A stretch of 57,604 nucleotides of DNA. Origin: Candidatus Woesearchaeota archaeon (GTDB lineage Archaea; Nanobdellota; Nanobdellia; Woesearchaeales; UBA11576). Positions 27,274-36,805 of the stretch are shown piece by piece. How positions within the stretch are numbered: position 1 is the first letter of the stretch; every line of letters starts with the position of its first letter. Both the position numbers and the translations under genes were made by a program. Location: contig JACQXV010000195.1 of the NCBI GenBank assembly GCA_016208715.1, positions 1-57,604 of the forward strand, given 5' to 3'. The notes below the pieces were generated by a model. That model was not told the origin of the DNA and made no database searches. It worked only from the letters and a program-made list of their open reading frames with translations.

Positions 27274-28311
27274 CTACCTCTTCTTCGCCGGGTGCTTGTG
27301 GCTTCGGCTAACACGCTGCGCCTGCACAACGGTCACAGCAGTCACATCAACAATATCTTCAACGCTGCATCCTCGCGAGAGGTCATTCACAGGCAACGCC
27401 AGTCCCTGCAGAATGGGTCCGATTGCTTTTGCCCCGGCCAGCCGTTCGACGAGTTTGTACGCAATGTTGCCCACGCTTACATCTGGAAAGATGAGAACGT
27501 TTGCTTTGCCGCACACCGGGCTTGCTTTGCATTTGATCGCAGCAACTGACGGCAGGAGCGCCGCGTCCACCTGAAGCTCCCCGTCGATGAGAATGTCCGG
27601 CCGTTTCTTGCGCACAATCTTTACAGCATCGCGCAGTTTCTTGAGGACGGGATGCTCGGCTGAGCCGTGCGTTGAAAACGACAATAGGGCAACGCGCGGC
27701 ACGAGTCCGAACTCTTCTGCAGTTGTTGCAGAATCAATCGCTATCTCAGCAAGCGTGCGTGCATCAGGATCGATGTTGACGGAACAGTCTGCAAAAACGA
27801 GATTCTCATCCTTGAGCTCCATGAGGAAAAGTCCGCTTACACGGTGGAATCGTTCCTTAGTTTTGATGATCTGCAGCGCCGGCCGAACAGTTTGCGCGGT
27901 GGTGTAGAACGCTCCGCCGATCAGCCCGTCTGCTTCGCCAACTTTAACCATCATAGTACCGTAGTAGATGGGATTTTCCATCAATTTGTGCGCCTTGTCG
28001 ATTGTCATTCCTTTTTTCTTACGAAGCTGATAGAGTAAGTGTGCGAAATGTTTACGTTCTGGCATATTCCTGTAGTCGATGATCGTGATCTTTGGAAGAA
28101 GTAGTTGGTGGTTTACACCAGTCTTTTTCATTGCAGCAATAGCTTCCTGTCGCGAGCAGAGGAGGAGGGGTTTTGCAATCCCTTGCTTAACGATAAGCTC
28201 AACAGCGCGGATCGTTCGGCTCTCGCATGCTTCGGGGTAGACAATCGTTTTTGGATTTTTCTTTGCAAGGTTCTTGATTTTTTGGACAATGTCTATTGCC
28301 ATGCACTCCAC
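27274..28311 (-). CDS. pta: Phosphate acetyltransferase (PTA_PTB family, short form)
   Basis: 345 aa. GLIGGAFYTTAQTVRPALQIIK and DVSVGNIAYKLVERLAGAKAIGPILQG are typical of Pta. It lies immediately upstream of ackA on the same strand. Confidence 0.9.
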   Translation of the reverse strand: MECMAIDIVQKIKNLAKKNPKTIVYPEACESRTIRAVELIVKQGIAKPLLLCSRQEAIAAMKKTGVNHQLLLPKITIIDYRNMPERKHFAHLLYQLRKKKGMTIDKAHKLMENPIYYGTMMVKVGEADGLIGGAFYTTAQTVRPALQIIKTKERFHRVSGLFLMELKDENLVFADCSVNIDPDARTLAEIAIDSATTAEEFGLVPRVALLSFSTHGSAEHPVLKKLRDAVKIVRKKRPDILIDGELQVDAALLPSVAAIKCKASPVCGKANVLIFPDVSVGNIAYKLVERLAGAKAIGPILQGLALPVNDLSRGCSVEDIVDVTAVTVVQAQRVSRSHKHPAKKR

Positions 28312-28363
28312 CTTTTTCAGCTATCTTAGCCCTTCATTTGTATTGTTATTTGTATTGTTTATT

Positions 28364-28612
28364 GTATTGTTTAGCGGCCTCGCCACCGACCCGCGAGCTA
28401 GCAGTTCTTGCATAGTCTCGCACGATTCTCGGCTCGTTACGTGAGTTAAAACTTTACACATTAATCCTTTACACATTAATTCAAAATTCATCTAAAAACG
28501 GATAGTCGAAGCGACTTCGACGAAGTCGAATGTAACCTGAAGGTGCCAGCCGACTTTTCAGCTGACGGCGAGCGTCGTGGCGACGCTGCTAACTGAGTGG
28601 CTAAACAAATAT
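28364..28612. mobile_element. MITE-like element, B-type termini, long form (about 249 bp)
   Basis: Shares the common core plus a roughly 130-bp inner module with copies at 38503 and 46172. The left TIR tip is reiterated (GTATTGTT three times at 28340, 28352 and 28364). There is an internal 14-bp tandem duplication CTTTACACATTAAT. No clear TSD. Confidence 0.7.
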
Positions 28613-28717
28613 CCTCGTTTTACTGATTACTGCATATTCAATATATATTTTGGTAACAAGTATTTAAATAATAGTAGTGCGTTGTCATGATATATTTCAA
28701 CAAAAAGAGTTGACGCG

Positions 28718-30754
28718 ATGGCCGCAGTTGATGCTCTCGATGATCTTGGAACCTATACCGGTCCTGATGGCGTCATTATCAACGCGCTTGAAACAGCTCT
28801 CCCCTCTGGATTCAAACCGTACTGGCTGATAGTGATTCTGGAGGCCCTTCTTATTTTTGATATCGTGCGCAAAATCAAAGATAAGCAGGGAATAAAAAGC
28901 GTCATTGGACAGATCGCGTTCGGTGTCCTGCTCTTGACTTTTGTTCTTCCGATTTCTCCTGTGTTAATTCTCACAGGTTTGTTCCTGTTCGTTTCCATCT
29001 TGCTGGTGTGGAACTTTCACCGCATGCAGCTTGGGGGCATGCTAGGAAGTCTCTTGTTTTTATGGTTGTGCTCGTACTTGTTATTCTCAAATGCGATTGC
29101 TGGAGTGCTCGCGGGAGTTGGTGCAGCAGGCATTGGTTGGTGGCTTCGTCGGCTGATCAAGAGGGCGGAGTTTGGCACACGCGCAGAGCGAATTGCTGCT
29201 GCAGAGATGGGCTTTCCCATTGCAGCAGACATTAAGGCAATCAAAACTGAAGAGAAGATTGAACGGATGGGAAAACGCGGAGAGCATGGAGAATTGGGAG
29301 CGCTTGGTGCGGTGACCGAAGAAGCCGCAAAGCTCGAAGAACGCACTATTGAAGCGACACTCCACGTTGAAGCAATTGCTGCGGGAGAAGCAGAGATCGG
29401 CAAGACGCTTGAACAGCTGCGCAACGCTGAGCTGACAACTCAGCAGCGAAATACGCGAATCGAAGAAATGATTCGCAATCTTGATTCTCAACTCAAGAAC
29501 ATCAACAAAAGTAATGATATAGATGCTGCTGCAGCGAAATATCTTGAAAAATTCATGACAGGCATCATTAAGCTGATGGGGGAGCTTATTAATGATGAAA
29601 AATATGAGGAGCATTATCGCAAGCGCGCACTTGAGGTGTTTCGTTCAACGGTGAAGATGCTTAAAGATGCAGCCAGTGAAGCTTATAGGATATCCCGTAT
29701 AGAGCTGGTGGATGAATCGGGCTTGAAGTCTGCAGCAAAGGCAAGCATCAAGAAGCTTGAGAGCAAGTTGAATGAAACAGAACACAAATTGGAGAAGGCG
29801 TTTGAAAGGTATGCTGCGGTCAAGGATCCCGAAACGAAGAAGAAACTCAAAGAAGGAATGAACAACATTGCAAAAGAGCGGGACTTCCTGAAGCAAGAAT
29901 ATGCAAAACTTGTGCAAATTGAGAATTATTTGCAGGTTGTTCTTGGAAAGCACAACAGCGTGTTGAAAAAATTACGAGCAGATGCATCGCGGTTGACAGA
30001 CCTCGGGAAGAATCTTTCTGGTGCAGACGAACGGATGGAGAAATATGATAAGAGCATCCAGGAGAGCATTGCAAAAATGAAGAATGCATACACCGCATTT
30101 GAGCAGGCCGTTGGCGTGATCGAGAGGGGCGAGATTCCTGAAGAGCTTGCGATCGTGATCTCGACGAATACTGGGAACATTTTTGGTGAACTGGCCGCTG
30201 TACTGGCGCGATCAAAGGAGTTTACTGAGAAAGAGTTGGCACCATTTATGGAACAGAATCGCTTCATGATCCAGGACGCGTACAAGATCCAGGAATCAGA
30301 AGAATTCTGTAACATCGCATCGATGCGCCTCAATGACGCAGTGAGAGCGCTGGGCCAGCTGGCTCTCGATGTGGTGAAAGGAGCGGGAGGTGTGGACTCT
30401 AATAAAATTCAGAAGGAATTGCTGATGGATATAGAGGCCGAGAAATGGGAAGAAAGCATCTCCCGCTTTGCTGCAAAGAAAGGCATCAAGACAAAGAACG
30501 TGTTTCAGCAGGCCGAAAATCAGTTAGTGGTTGGCCAGCAATCCGCGCGCGAATTATTGGAGACATTGAATAATGAGATTGTCCAGACAGAAGACACAAA
30601 GAAGTTGACGCTGGATGCGCTTGTTGGCGCAACGGATACGTTGCTCAAAAATCGTGTGCGTATTAATAAGGACTTCCAAGCAAAGGCGGATGAGGTCATG
30701 TCAGATCTGAAAAAGGAAAAAGTTGCTGAGGCACGAGCAAAGGCATATGCCTAA
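28718..30754 (+). CDS. Membrane-anchored long alpha-helical / coiled-coil protein (678 aa), function unknown
   Basis: About 4-5 N-terminal TM segments (residues 30-150), followed by about 500 aa of E/K/A/L-rich helical sequence. Confidence 0.6.
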   Translation: MAAVDALDDLGTYTGPDGVIINALETALPSGFKPYWLIVILEALLIFDIVRKIKDKQGIKSVIGQIAFGVLLLTFVLPISPVLILTGLFLFVSILLVWNFHRMQLGGMLGSLLFLWLCSYLLFSNAIAGVLAGVGAAGIGWWLRRLIKRAEFGTRAERIAAAEMGFPIAADIKAIKTEEKIERMGKRGEHGELGALGAVTEEAAKLEERTIEATLHVEAIAAGEAEIGKTLEQLRNAELTTQQRNTRIEEMIRNLDSQLKNINKSNDIDAAAAKYLEKFMTGIIKLMGELINDEKYEEHYRKRALEVFRSTVKMLKDAASEAYRISRIELVDESGLKSAAKASIKKLESKLNETEHKLEKAFERYAAVKDPETKKKLKEGMNNIAKERDFLKQEYAKLVQIENYLQVVLGKHNSVLKKLRADASRLTDLGKNLSGADERMEKYDKSIQESIAKMKNAYTAFEQAVGVIERGEIPEELAIVISTNTGNIFGELAAVLARSKEFTEKELAPFMEQNRFMIQDAYKIQESEEFCNIASMRLNDAVRALGQLALDVVKGAGGVDSNKIQKELLMDIEAEKWEESISRFAAKKGIKTKNVFQQAENQLVVGQQSARELLETLNNEIVQTEDTKKLTLDALVGATDTLLKNRVRINKDFQAKADEVMSDLKKEKVAEARAKAYA

Positions 30755-30943
30755 AACGTACAATTGACTCCCGAATCATTCACAACAAATTCTTCACTAA
30801 CGAGTGAAAAGTTTTCCTTCCTGATTTGTCCTACTGTGTGGGGAATAAAAAGCGCAACATATATTAACCAGTAATCCGTAGTAATTTTCACACCGTTTAA
30901 TTTGGTAGCAACTGTTTGACAGAAAAAGGGGGAGGGTTTCACG

Positions 30944-31765
30944 ATGATCGTTAAAGAAGAATTTCTTTCCAAACTACGACGCTATTTCTCACTGAATCTT
31001 TATGAAGTGAAGATTTGGACTGCGTTGTTGTCTCGTGGGGTTTCTACTGCTGGTGAATTGTCTGATATTGCGAATGTTCCTCGGTCTCGTTCATACGACG
31101 TTCTTGAAAGCCTGGAAAAGAAGGGTTTTGCGGTTACGAAGCTTGGTAAGCCTATCAAGTACATCGCAGTTCCTCCTGAAGAAGTTCTTGAGCGTGTGAA
31201 GAAGAACATGAAAGAGGAAGCAGATGGCAAAGTCCAACGTCTTGAAGAACTCAAAGGAACTGAAGTGCTTGATGAACTTAAATCCTTGCACACGCAAGGC
31301 ATTGAACTGGTCGAGCCAGCGGATCTTTCCGGCAGTTTGAGAGGCAGACATAATCTTTACAATCATTTAGAACTTACGATCCGTAACGCGGAAGAATCTG
31401 TGACGATTATGACGACAACGCAAGGCTTGATGCGCAAGATCGAAGGCCTCAAACCGGTGTTTGAAAAGCTCAAGAAGCGCGGCGTGAAGATTCGCATTGC
31501 TGCTCCAATCACGAAGGAGTGCTCACGTGTTGTTAAAGACCTTGGCGATACTGCAGAGGTCCGTCACGCAAACAGCAAAGCGCGATTCTGTATCGTTGAC
31601 AGCTCGGAACTCATCTTCATGGTGATGGATGATCAAGAAGTGCACCCCACGTATGACGTTGGCATTTGGGTCAACACGCCCTTTTTTGCAAATGCCCTCG
31701 AGGGACTATTCGATCTTTCCTGGAAGAACTTAAAGCCTGCAAAAGAAGTTCTGCCCAAGCAATAA
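30944..31765 (+). CDS. TrmB-family transcriptional regulator (paralog 1)
   Basis: N-terminal winged HTH: YEVKIWTALLSRGVSTAGELSDIANVPRSRSYDVLESLEKKGF. The C-terminal domain is collinear with paralog 2 (40998-41813). Confidence 0.8.
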   Translation: MIVKEEFLSKLRRYFSLNLYEVKIWTALLSRGVSTAGELSDIANVPRSRSYDVLESLEKKGFAVTKLGKPIKYIAVPPEEVLERVKKNMKEEADGKVQRLEELKGTEVLDELKSLHTQGIELVEPADLSGSLRGRHNLYNHLELTIRNAEESVTIMTTTQGLMRKIEGLKPVFEKLKKRGVKIRIAAPITKECSRVVKDLGDTAEVRHANSKARFCIVDSSELIFMVMDDQEVHPTYDVGIWVNTPFFANALEGLFDLSWKNLKPAKEVLPKQ

Positions 31766-31846
31766 AATCCCTTTTCTTTTTACATGGTCGTTCAAGAGCT
31801 ATTATTTTATAATTCAATACGAAGATTTTTAAAGTTATTATGATGC

Positions 31847-33391
31847 GTGGGCGGCATGGATATTAAAAGACTCGCCGAGAGCCTGCATCCCCTTGAAGCG
31901 CGCACGGTTGCTTTCTTGAAGAATGCGAAGACACTGCACGAACTGGTTGCAGCGACAGGGCTTTCTGAAGTTGAAGTGATGCGCGCGCTGCAATGGCTTG
32001 AGAACAAGGACGTTCTGAAGACTCGCCAAGAAGTCAAAGAGATCGTTAAGATAGATACGAATGGCGAGCTATACGCAGTGAAAGGATTGCCTGAACAACG
32101 ATTACTCAAAGCACTTGAAGAAGTACCAAGAACGATTAATGAAGTGGGAAAACAAGCCGGTCTCTCCAAGGAAGAGGTGGGAATTTCTCTGGGAGTGTTG
32201 AGGGCTGGCGGGGCACTCTCGCTTGCAGCTGGAAAACTGTCCATCACACCAGCGGGTAAGAAGATTCTCCAGAAAGAGACTGCGGAGGCGACATTGCTTA
32301 AGAAACTAATGACGCACCCCGTCAATGTCGTACACCTTTCAGACCAAGAGCGCGCAACATTCGACTCTCTTCGAAGACGAAAGAGCATCGTCAAGACAAC
32401 GCTCGAAAAAACGCGTTTTGTGGACCTTACGGCCACCGGCAAGGAACTGATCAAGATAGATGTGCGTAAACTGGAAAGCACGGTTGATCGTCTGACCCCT
32501 GAAATGCTGCGCGATAGCTCATGGAAAAACAAAACATTTCGTCGCTACGATGTGTGCATTAATGTCCCGCGGATTTATCGTGGCAAGCGCCATTTCGTAA
32601 ACCAGGCAACGGACTACGCTCGCCGAGTGTGGATTGAAATGGGTTTTGAGGAAATGGAGGGACCGCTCATCAACACGTCGTTTTGGAATTTTGACGCCCT
32701 TTTCACCGCGCAAGATCATCCGGTGCGCGAGATGCAGGACACGTTCTTTATTCACAATCCGCAAAAAGGAAACGTGCTTAGCCAAAAACTTGCAGAACGA
32801 ATCAAAGCCGTGCACGAACACGGTGGAAATCTTGGGAGTACAGGCTGGAAGTATGCCTGGGATATAGAAGAAGCGAAGCGCAATGTGCTGCGTACACATA
32901 CAACGGTGCTTTCCGCAAAGACGCTTGCAAGTCTCAAGAAAGCGGATTGGCCCGCGAAGTTTTTTGCTGTGGGAAAATGTTTTCGTAACGAGACATTGGA
33001 TTGGAGTCACTTGTTTGAATTCAATCAGACAGAGGGGATCGTGGTTGATCCTGATGCAAACTTTCGCCACTTATTGGGGTATCTTAAACGATTTTTTTCG
33101 AAGCTGGGATTTCCGCAGGCGCGGTTCAGACCCGCGTACTTTCCGTACACAGAGCCCAGCATCGAGATTGATGTGTTTCATCCGGTGCACCGTACGTGGG
33201 TGGAACTTGGTGGAGCGGGAATCTTTAGGCCGGAGGTTGTCGAACCACTGTTAGGTGAGCCGGTTCCTGTGCTTGCGTGGGGTCCGGGCTTTGATCGCAT
33301 CATGCTTGAATACTATAAGATCGCTGATATTCGTGATTTGTACAGCAATGATATCAAACAGCTGCGTGAAATGAAAGAGTGGATGCGCTGA
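31847..33391 (+). CDS. pheS: Phenylalanyl-tRNA synthetase alpha subunit (archaeal type)
   Basis: 514 aa. N-terminal winged-helix repeats. Class II motifs GKCFRNETLD (motif 2) and GAGIFRPEV (motif 3). Confidence 0.9.
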   Translation: MGGMDIKRLAESLHPLEARTVAFLKNAKTLHELVAATGLSEVEVMRALQWLENKDVLKTRQEVKEIVKIDTNGELYAVKGLPEQRLLKALEEVPRTINEVGKQAGLSKEEVGISLGVLRAGGALSLAAGKLSITPAGKKILQKETAEATLLKKLMTHPVNVVHLSDQERATFDSLRRRKSIVKTTLEKTRFVDLTATGKELIKIDVRKLESTVDRLTPEMLRDSSWKNKTFRRYDVCINVPRIYRGKRHFVNQATDYARRVWIEMGFEEMEGPLINTSFWNFDALFTAQDHPVREMQDTFFIHNPQKGNVLSQKLAERIKAVHEHGGNLGSTGWKYAWDIEEAKRNVLRTHTTVLSAKTLASLKKADWPAKFFAVGKCFRNETLDWSHLFEFNQTEGIVVDPDANFRHLLGYLKRFFSKLGFPQARFRPAYFPYTEPSIEIDVFHPVHRTWVELGGAGIFRPEVVEPLLGEPVPVLAWGPGFDRIMLEYYKIADIRDLYSNDIKQLREMKEWMR

Positions 33392-34030
33392 ATGGCTTCA
33401 CACAAAAATAAGGATGCGGCAGAAGTCAAGAAGCAGTTCACTAAAGAACATACTAATTACCCAACGCTCGTCGGAAAAGTGAGGGGCGTGTTGTTTGAGT
33501 GCAGTTCTTTCTTTGAAGAGATGAAGGCGCGGGCATCGGTGAGCCGGTCGTTCGTGTATTTTGCGATCATCGTACTCGTCTACTTGGCTGTAGTAAGTGT
33601 GGTCTACGCAGTCACATATAAGCCAGAAGCGCGGGCGTTGCCACCGTCGCAAGCGATCGCCATCGCAGCGATTCTTGGCTTTGCCGTTTCAGTCATTTTC
33701 CTTTTCGTGAGTTCCGTGCTCGCGCATACTACTGCACGGTTCCTTAAAGGAACGGGAACGTATGCGCAGACATTGACGGTGGTGAGTTTTGGTTCGACTC
33801 CCGCGTACTTGCTTGGCTGGGTTCCGTTCTTTGGCTTGCTCGCGATCGCCTATGGTGCGATCATCCAAATTAAAGGCATAGCGATAATGCACGATCTTTC
33901 ACAAGGGAAGGCGGCAACAAGCATCCTCTTTCCTCTCGCGCTCATACTCGCAATCGGTGTTTTGCTATTAGTATGGTCGGAAGCGAATCCCTTCACGGCC
34001 GTGGCGAATTCAACTGCGACAACCGCTTAA
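33392..34030 (+). CDS. Yip1-like multi-pass membrane protein
   Basis: 212 aa with 5 predicted TM segments. The ATG directly follows the pheS TGA, and the gene sits between pheS and pheT. Confidence 0.55.
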   Translation: MASHKNKDAAEVKKQFTKEHTNYPTLVGKVRGVLFECSSFFEEMKARASVSRSFVYFAIIVLVYLAVVSVVYAVTYKPEARALPPSQAIAIAAILGFAVSVIFLFVSSVLAHTTARFLKGTGTYAQTLTVVSFGSTPAYLLGWVPFFGLLAIAYGAIIQIKGIAIMHDLSQGKAATSILFPLALILAIGVLLLVWSEANPFTAVANSTATTA

Positions 34031-34072
34031 TAAAGGAACAGGAAAGGAACAGGAAATATACACACGTGATGA

Positions 34073-35725
34073 ATGATGCCAACAATAACGCTCGATAAGG
34101 GAGTTTTTGAGTCACTTGTAGGAAAAAAGCTCGATCTCGACAAGCTGAAGGATCGCATCAGCATGCTGGGGACTGATCTGGAAAAGATTGAAGGCAACGA
34201 GATTCATGTGGAGGTTTTTCCGAATCGTCCTGATATGCTTTCTGAACAGGGGTTCGCGCGCGCATTCGGCGCATTCATTGGCGTCAGTCCCGGATTACGA
34301 AAATATGAAGTGAAGCCTTCGGGTGAAAAAACAATCATCAAGAACATTCCGAAGGAGTGGCCCTATGCGGTGACGGCGATCGTGAAAGGCTTAAAGTTCT
34401 CTGATGAGAAAATTCGTGAAGTGGTGCAGATCCAGGAAAAGCTGGCGGTCACGCACTTGCGCAACCGTAAGAAGGGCGGTATAGGCATTTATCCCTTGGA
34501 CAACATCACGTTTCCAGTCAATTTCACGGGAAAGGCTCCTCAGGAAATAGTATATCGCCCACTTGAGTTCTCTAAAGCGATCTCTGCTCCTGAAATTCTT
34601 GAGAAGCACCCAACGGGCAAAAAGTTTGGCAACATCTGTAAAGGATGGAAAAAACTCCCTGTATTTATAGATGCTTCTGGAAAGATTCTATCGATGCCGC
34701 CAATCGTGAACTCGCACGAGATGGGAAAGATCAATGAGAAAACAAAGGACGTTTTCATCGAAGCGACAGGAACAGACCTAGAAACTTTGAAGGTCACGAT
34801 AAATATTCTTTCGACAGCGCTTGCAGACATGGGTGGCCAGATTTACAGCATGGATGTCATGTATGGGGATACAACGCTGACGATTCCTGATCTCTCTCCG
34901 CGCAGAACGAAGGTAGATACCGCGTTTGTCAATAAACTGCTCGGGTTGAACATTAAAGAACTGGATGTGAAGCGGTTGCTTGAGCGGATGGGTTACGGTT
35001 ATCAGGATGGCGCCGTATTGATTCCAGCATACCGTGCGGACATTCTCCACCAGGTGGACTTGATCGAAGACATTGCGATCGCGTACGGGTATGAAAATTT
35101 CAAGGAGGAACTGCCAAAAGTAGCGACGGTTGGAAAAGAGAGCGACGTCGAGATCTTGAAGCGGCGTATCGCTAGCATTCTAATTGGTGTTGGTCTTCTT
35201 GAAGTACACACGTATCACATCACGAATGAGGAGAATCATGATAGGAAGATGATGCATCCGACAAAATTGGTACGTCTTGCAAATGCCCTCACAGCGGATT
35301 ACGATTCTTTGCGCAACTGGATGATCCCGTCACTTCTCAGGGTTCTTTCGAGCAACACGCGCCACGAGTATCCTCAGATGATTTTTGAGATTGGCCGCGT
35401 ATTCATCGAAGATGAATCGATGGAAACGGGTGTTCGTGAACCATACCGCCTTGCAGTCATTTTGTGCGGTCCGGGTTTTGATTTCACGCGTGCAAAGCAG
35501 GTATTCGATGCGTTGATGGCGGCGCTTGACTTAACGTACGATGTTGCGGAAGTTGAGCATCCTTCATTTATTCCTGGCCGCGTTGGACGGGCATCGATCA
35601 CTAAGAAGAATGTTGCATATATTGGAGAGATTGCTCCAGCGGTGTTGGCGAATTGGGGCATCGAGATGCCTGCTGTGGGTTTTGAACTCAATATCTCAGA
35701 TCTATTTGAACTCATGAAAAAGTAA
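34073..35725 (+). CDS. pheT: Phenylalanyl-tRNA synthetase beta subunit (archaeal type)
   Basis: 550 aa. B3/4- and B5-like regions, and a C-terminal catalytic-like domain matching the archaeal PheT pattern (RPDMLSEQG, ADILHQVDLIEDIAIAYGY). Confidence 0.9.
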   Translation: MMPTITLDKGVFESLVGKKLDLDKLKDRISMLGTDLEKIEGNEIHVEVFPNRPDMLSEQGFARAFGAFIGVSPGLRKYEVKPSGEKTIIKNIPKEWPYAVTAIVKGLKFSDEKIREVVQIQEKLAVTHLRNRKKGGIGIYPLDNITFPVNFTGKAPQEIVYRPLEFSKAISAPEILEKHPTGKKFGNICKGWKKLPVFIDASGKILSMPPIVNSHEMGKINEKTKDVFIEATGTDLETLKVTINILSTALADMGGQIYSMDVMYGDTTLTIPDLSPRRTKVDTAFVNKLLGLNIKELDVKRLLERMGYGYQDGAVLIPAYRADILHQVDLIEDIAIAYGYENFKEELPKVATVGKESDVEILKRRIASILIGVGLLEVHTYHITNEENHDRKMMHPTKLVRLANALTADYDSLRNWMIPSLLRVLSSNTRHEYPQMIFEIGRVFIEDESMETGVREPYRLAVILCGPGFDFTRAKQVFDALMAALDLTYDVAEVEHPSFIPGRVGRASITKKNVAYIGEIAPAVLANWGIEMPAVGFELNISDLFELMKK

Positions 35726-35773
35726 CTGGTGATGATTATTAGGTCCATGAATGAACAAGGAAGGTGACTGGCT

Positions 35774-36631
35774 ATGGATTTAATGAAGGAGAAACACGCG
35801 CAACGGCAGGGAGCTCCCGCGGCAAGCACAGTTTCTGTGGAACGTCAGCGAGTGGAGAAAGCAGAGAAAGAGTTTAAACACTACGCGCCCAGAGAGAGCT
35901 TCCTGGATAAACAAATCAGTATTCGTGCGCTCGTGCGAAACGTAATTGTAGTACTTTTAATTTTGGCAATTCTCGCAGCGGTCTTCTTGCTGGGCCGCTG
36001 GAGTGCCCTTTCTTCTTCTAAAGATTCACAAAATCTTACAATAACATCACTGAATTCAAATACGGTAATGCAAAAAGGAACTGCCAAGCCTACCATGAAC
36101 GTTTCTGAGAACGCGGCAAAAGCGTCCGTCGGTGCACCAAATGCGAGCGTACCAAAAGAAGAAAATAAAACGGCCATTGCACCTGAAGAGGCGTCCGCGG
36201 CACAAATGAAGCCCTCGGTGACAAACGTGACAGCAACTCCATCAACCACTCCTGAAAAGGCCGGTGAAGGTTTTGAATACAAGAGCGTTGGCGTCTATAT
36301 TGGCGAAGTCAAGCACCTTAAGAAAGGCGATGATTGGGGTACAGTGACTTCGATTGAAGTGACGGTGGAAAACCTTGAGAAGGTATTAGTATATCCTGTA
36401 AAAGTCAAAGCGCGATTGTACAAAGCCGGTGAGGAAGGCAACTGGTGGGACATGGAGGAGGACGTTCCTGCGCTCATGACCCAGTTGGCATCAAAGGCAA
36501 GCGCCAAATACACCTTTGAGACGCACATCTCTTACAGTGGTCTTACTGAGGAGAAAACGCTTAAGGTTGTAGTGTTTGATCAATATAATCAAAAGATGGG
36601 AGACGTCATCAAGACGGTGACATTGTCATAA
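35774..36631 (+). CDS. Single-pass membrane protein (285 aa), function unknown
   Basis: One TM segment (VIVVLLILAILAAVFLLG), an S/T/A/P-rich linker and a beta-rich C-terminal domain. The last codon and stop (TCATAA) are part of C-type repeat copy 2. Confidence 0.5.
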   Translation: MDLMKEKHAQRQGAPAASTVSVERQRVEKAEKEFKHYAPRESFLDKQISIRALVRNVIVVLLILAILAAVFLLGRWSALSSSKDSQNLTITSLNSNTVMQKGTAKPTMNVSENAAKASVGAPNASVPKEENKTAIAPEEASAAQMKPSVTNVTATPSTTPEKAGEGFEYKSVGVYIGEVKHLKKGDDWGTVTSIEVTVENLEKVLVYPVKVKARLYKAGEEGNWWDMEEDVPALMTQLASKASAKYTFETHISYSGLTEEKTLKVVVFDQYNQKMGDVIKTVTLS

Positions 36632-36761
36632 AAATCCGCCGAAAGCACCCTACCTCGGGCTAAAGCCCGAGGCTTGACGGGCACTTTCTTTGACTGCGGA
36701 TTTTTAGGACGCCAAAAAAGAGCCAACGCCCTAAAGGGCAGGGCTATCTTTTTTGAGCGTC
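36630..36761. repeat. C-type two-hairpin repeat, copy 2
   Basis: Same anchors as copy 1 (TCATAAAAATCCGCC ... GCGGATTTTTAGGAYGCCAAAAA ... GCCCTRAAGGGC) and a TAAA loop. Both hairpin stems have different sequence but keep their pairing (CTCGGGC/GCCCGAG; GACGCCAAAAAAGA/TCTTTTTTGAGCGTC). Confidence 0.65.
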
Positions 36762-36805
36762 TTAAATGTTTTTTAATCTTATTTAGGTAAACTAATACAA
36801 GAAAA

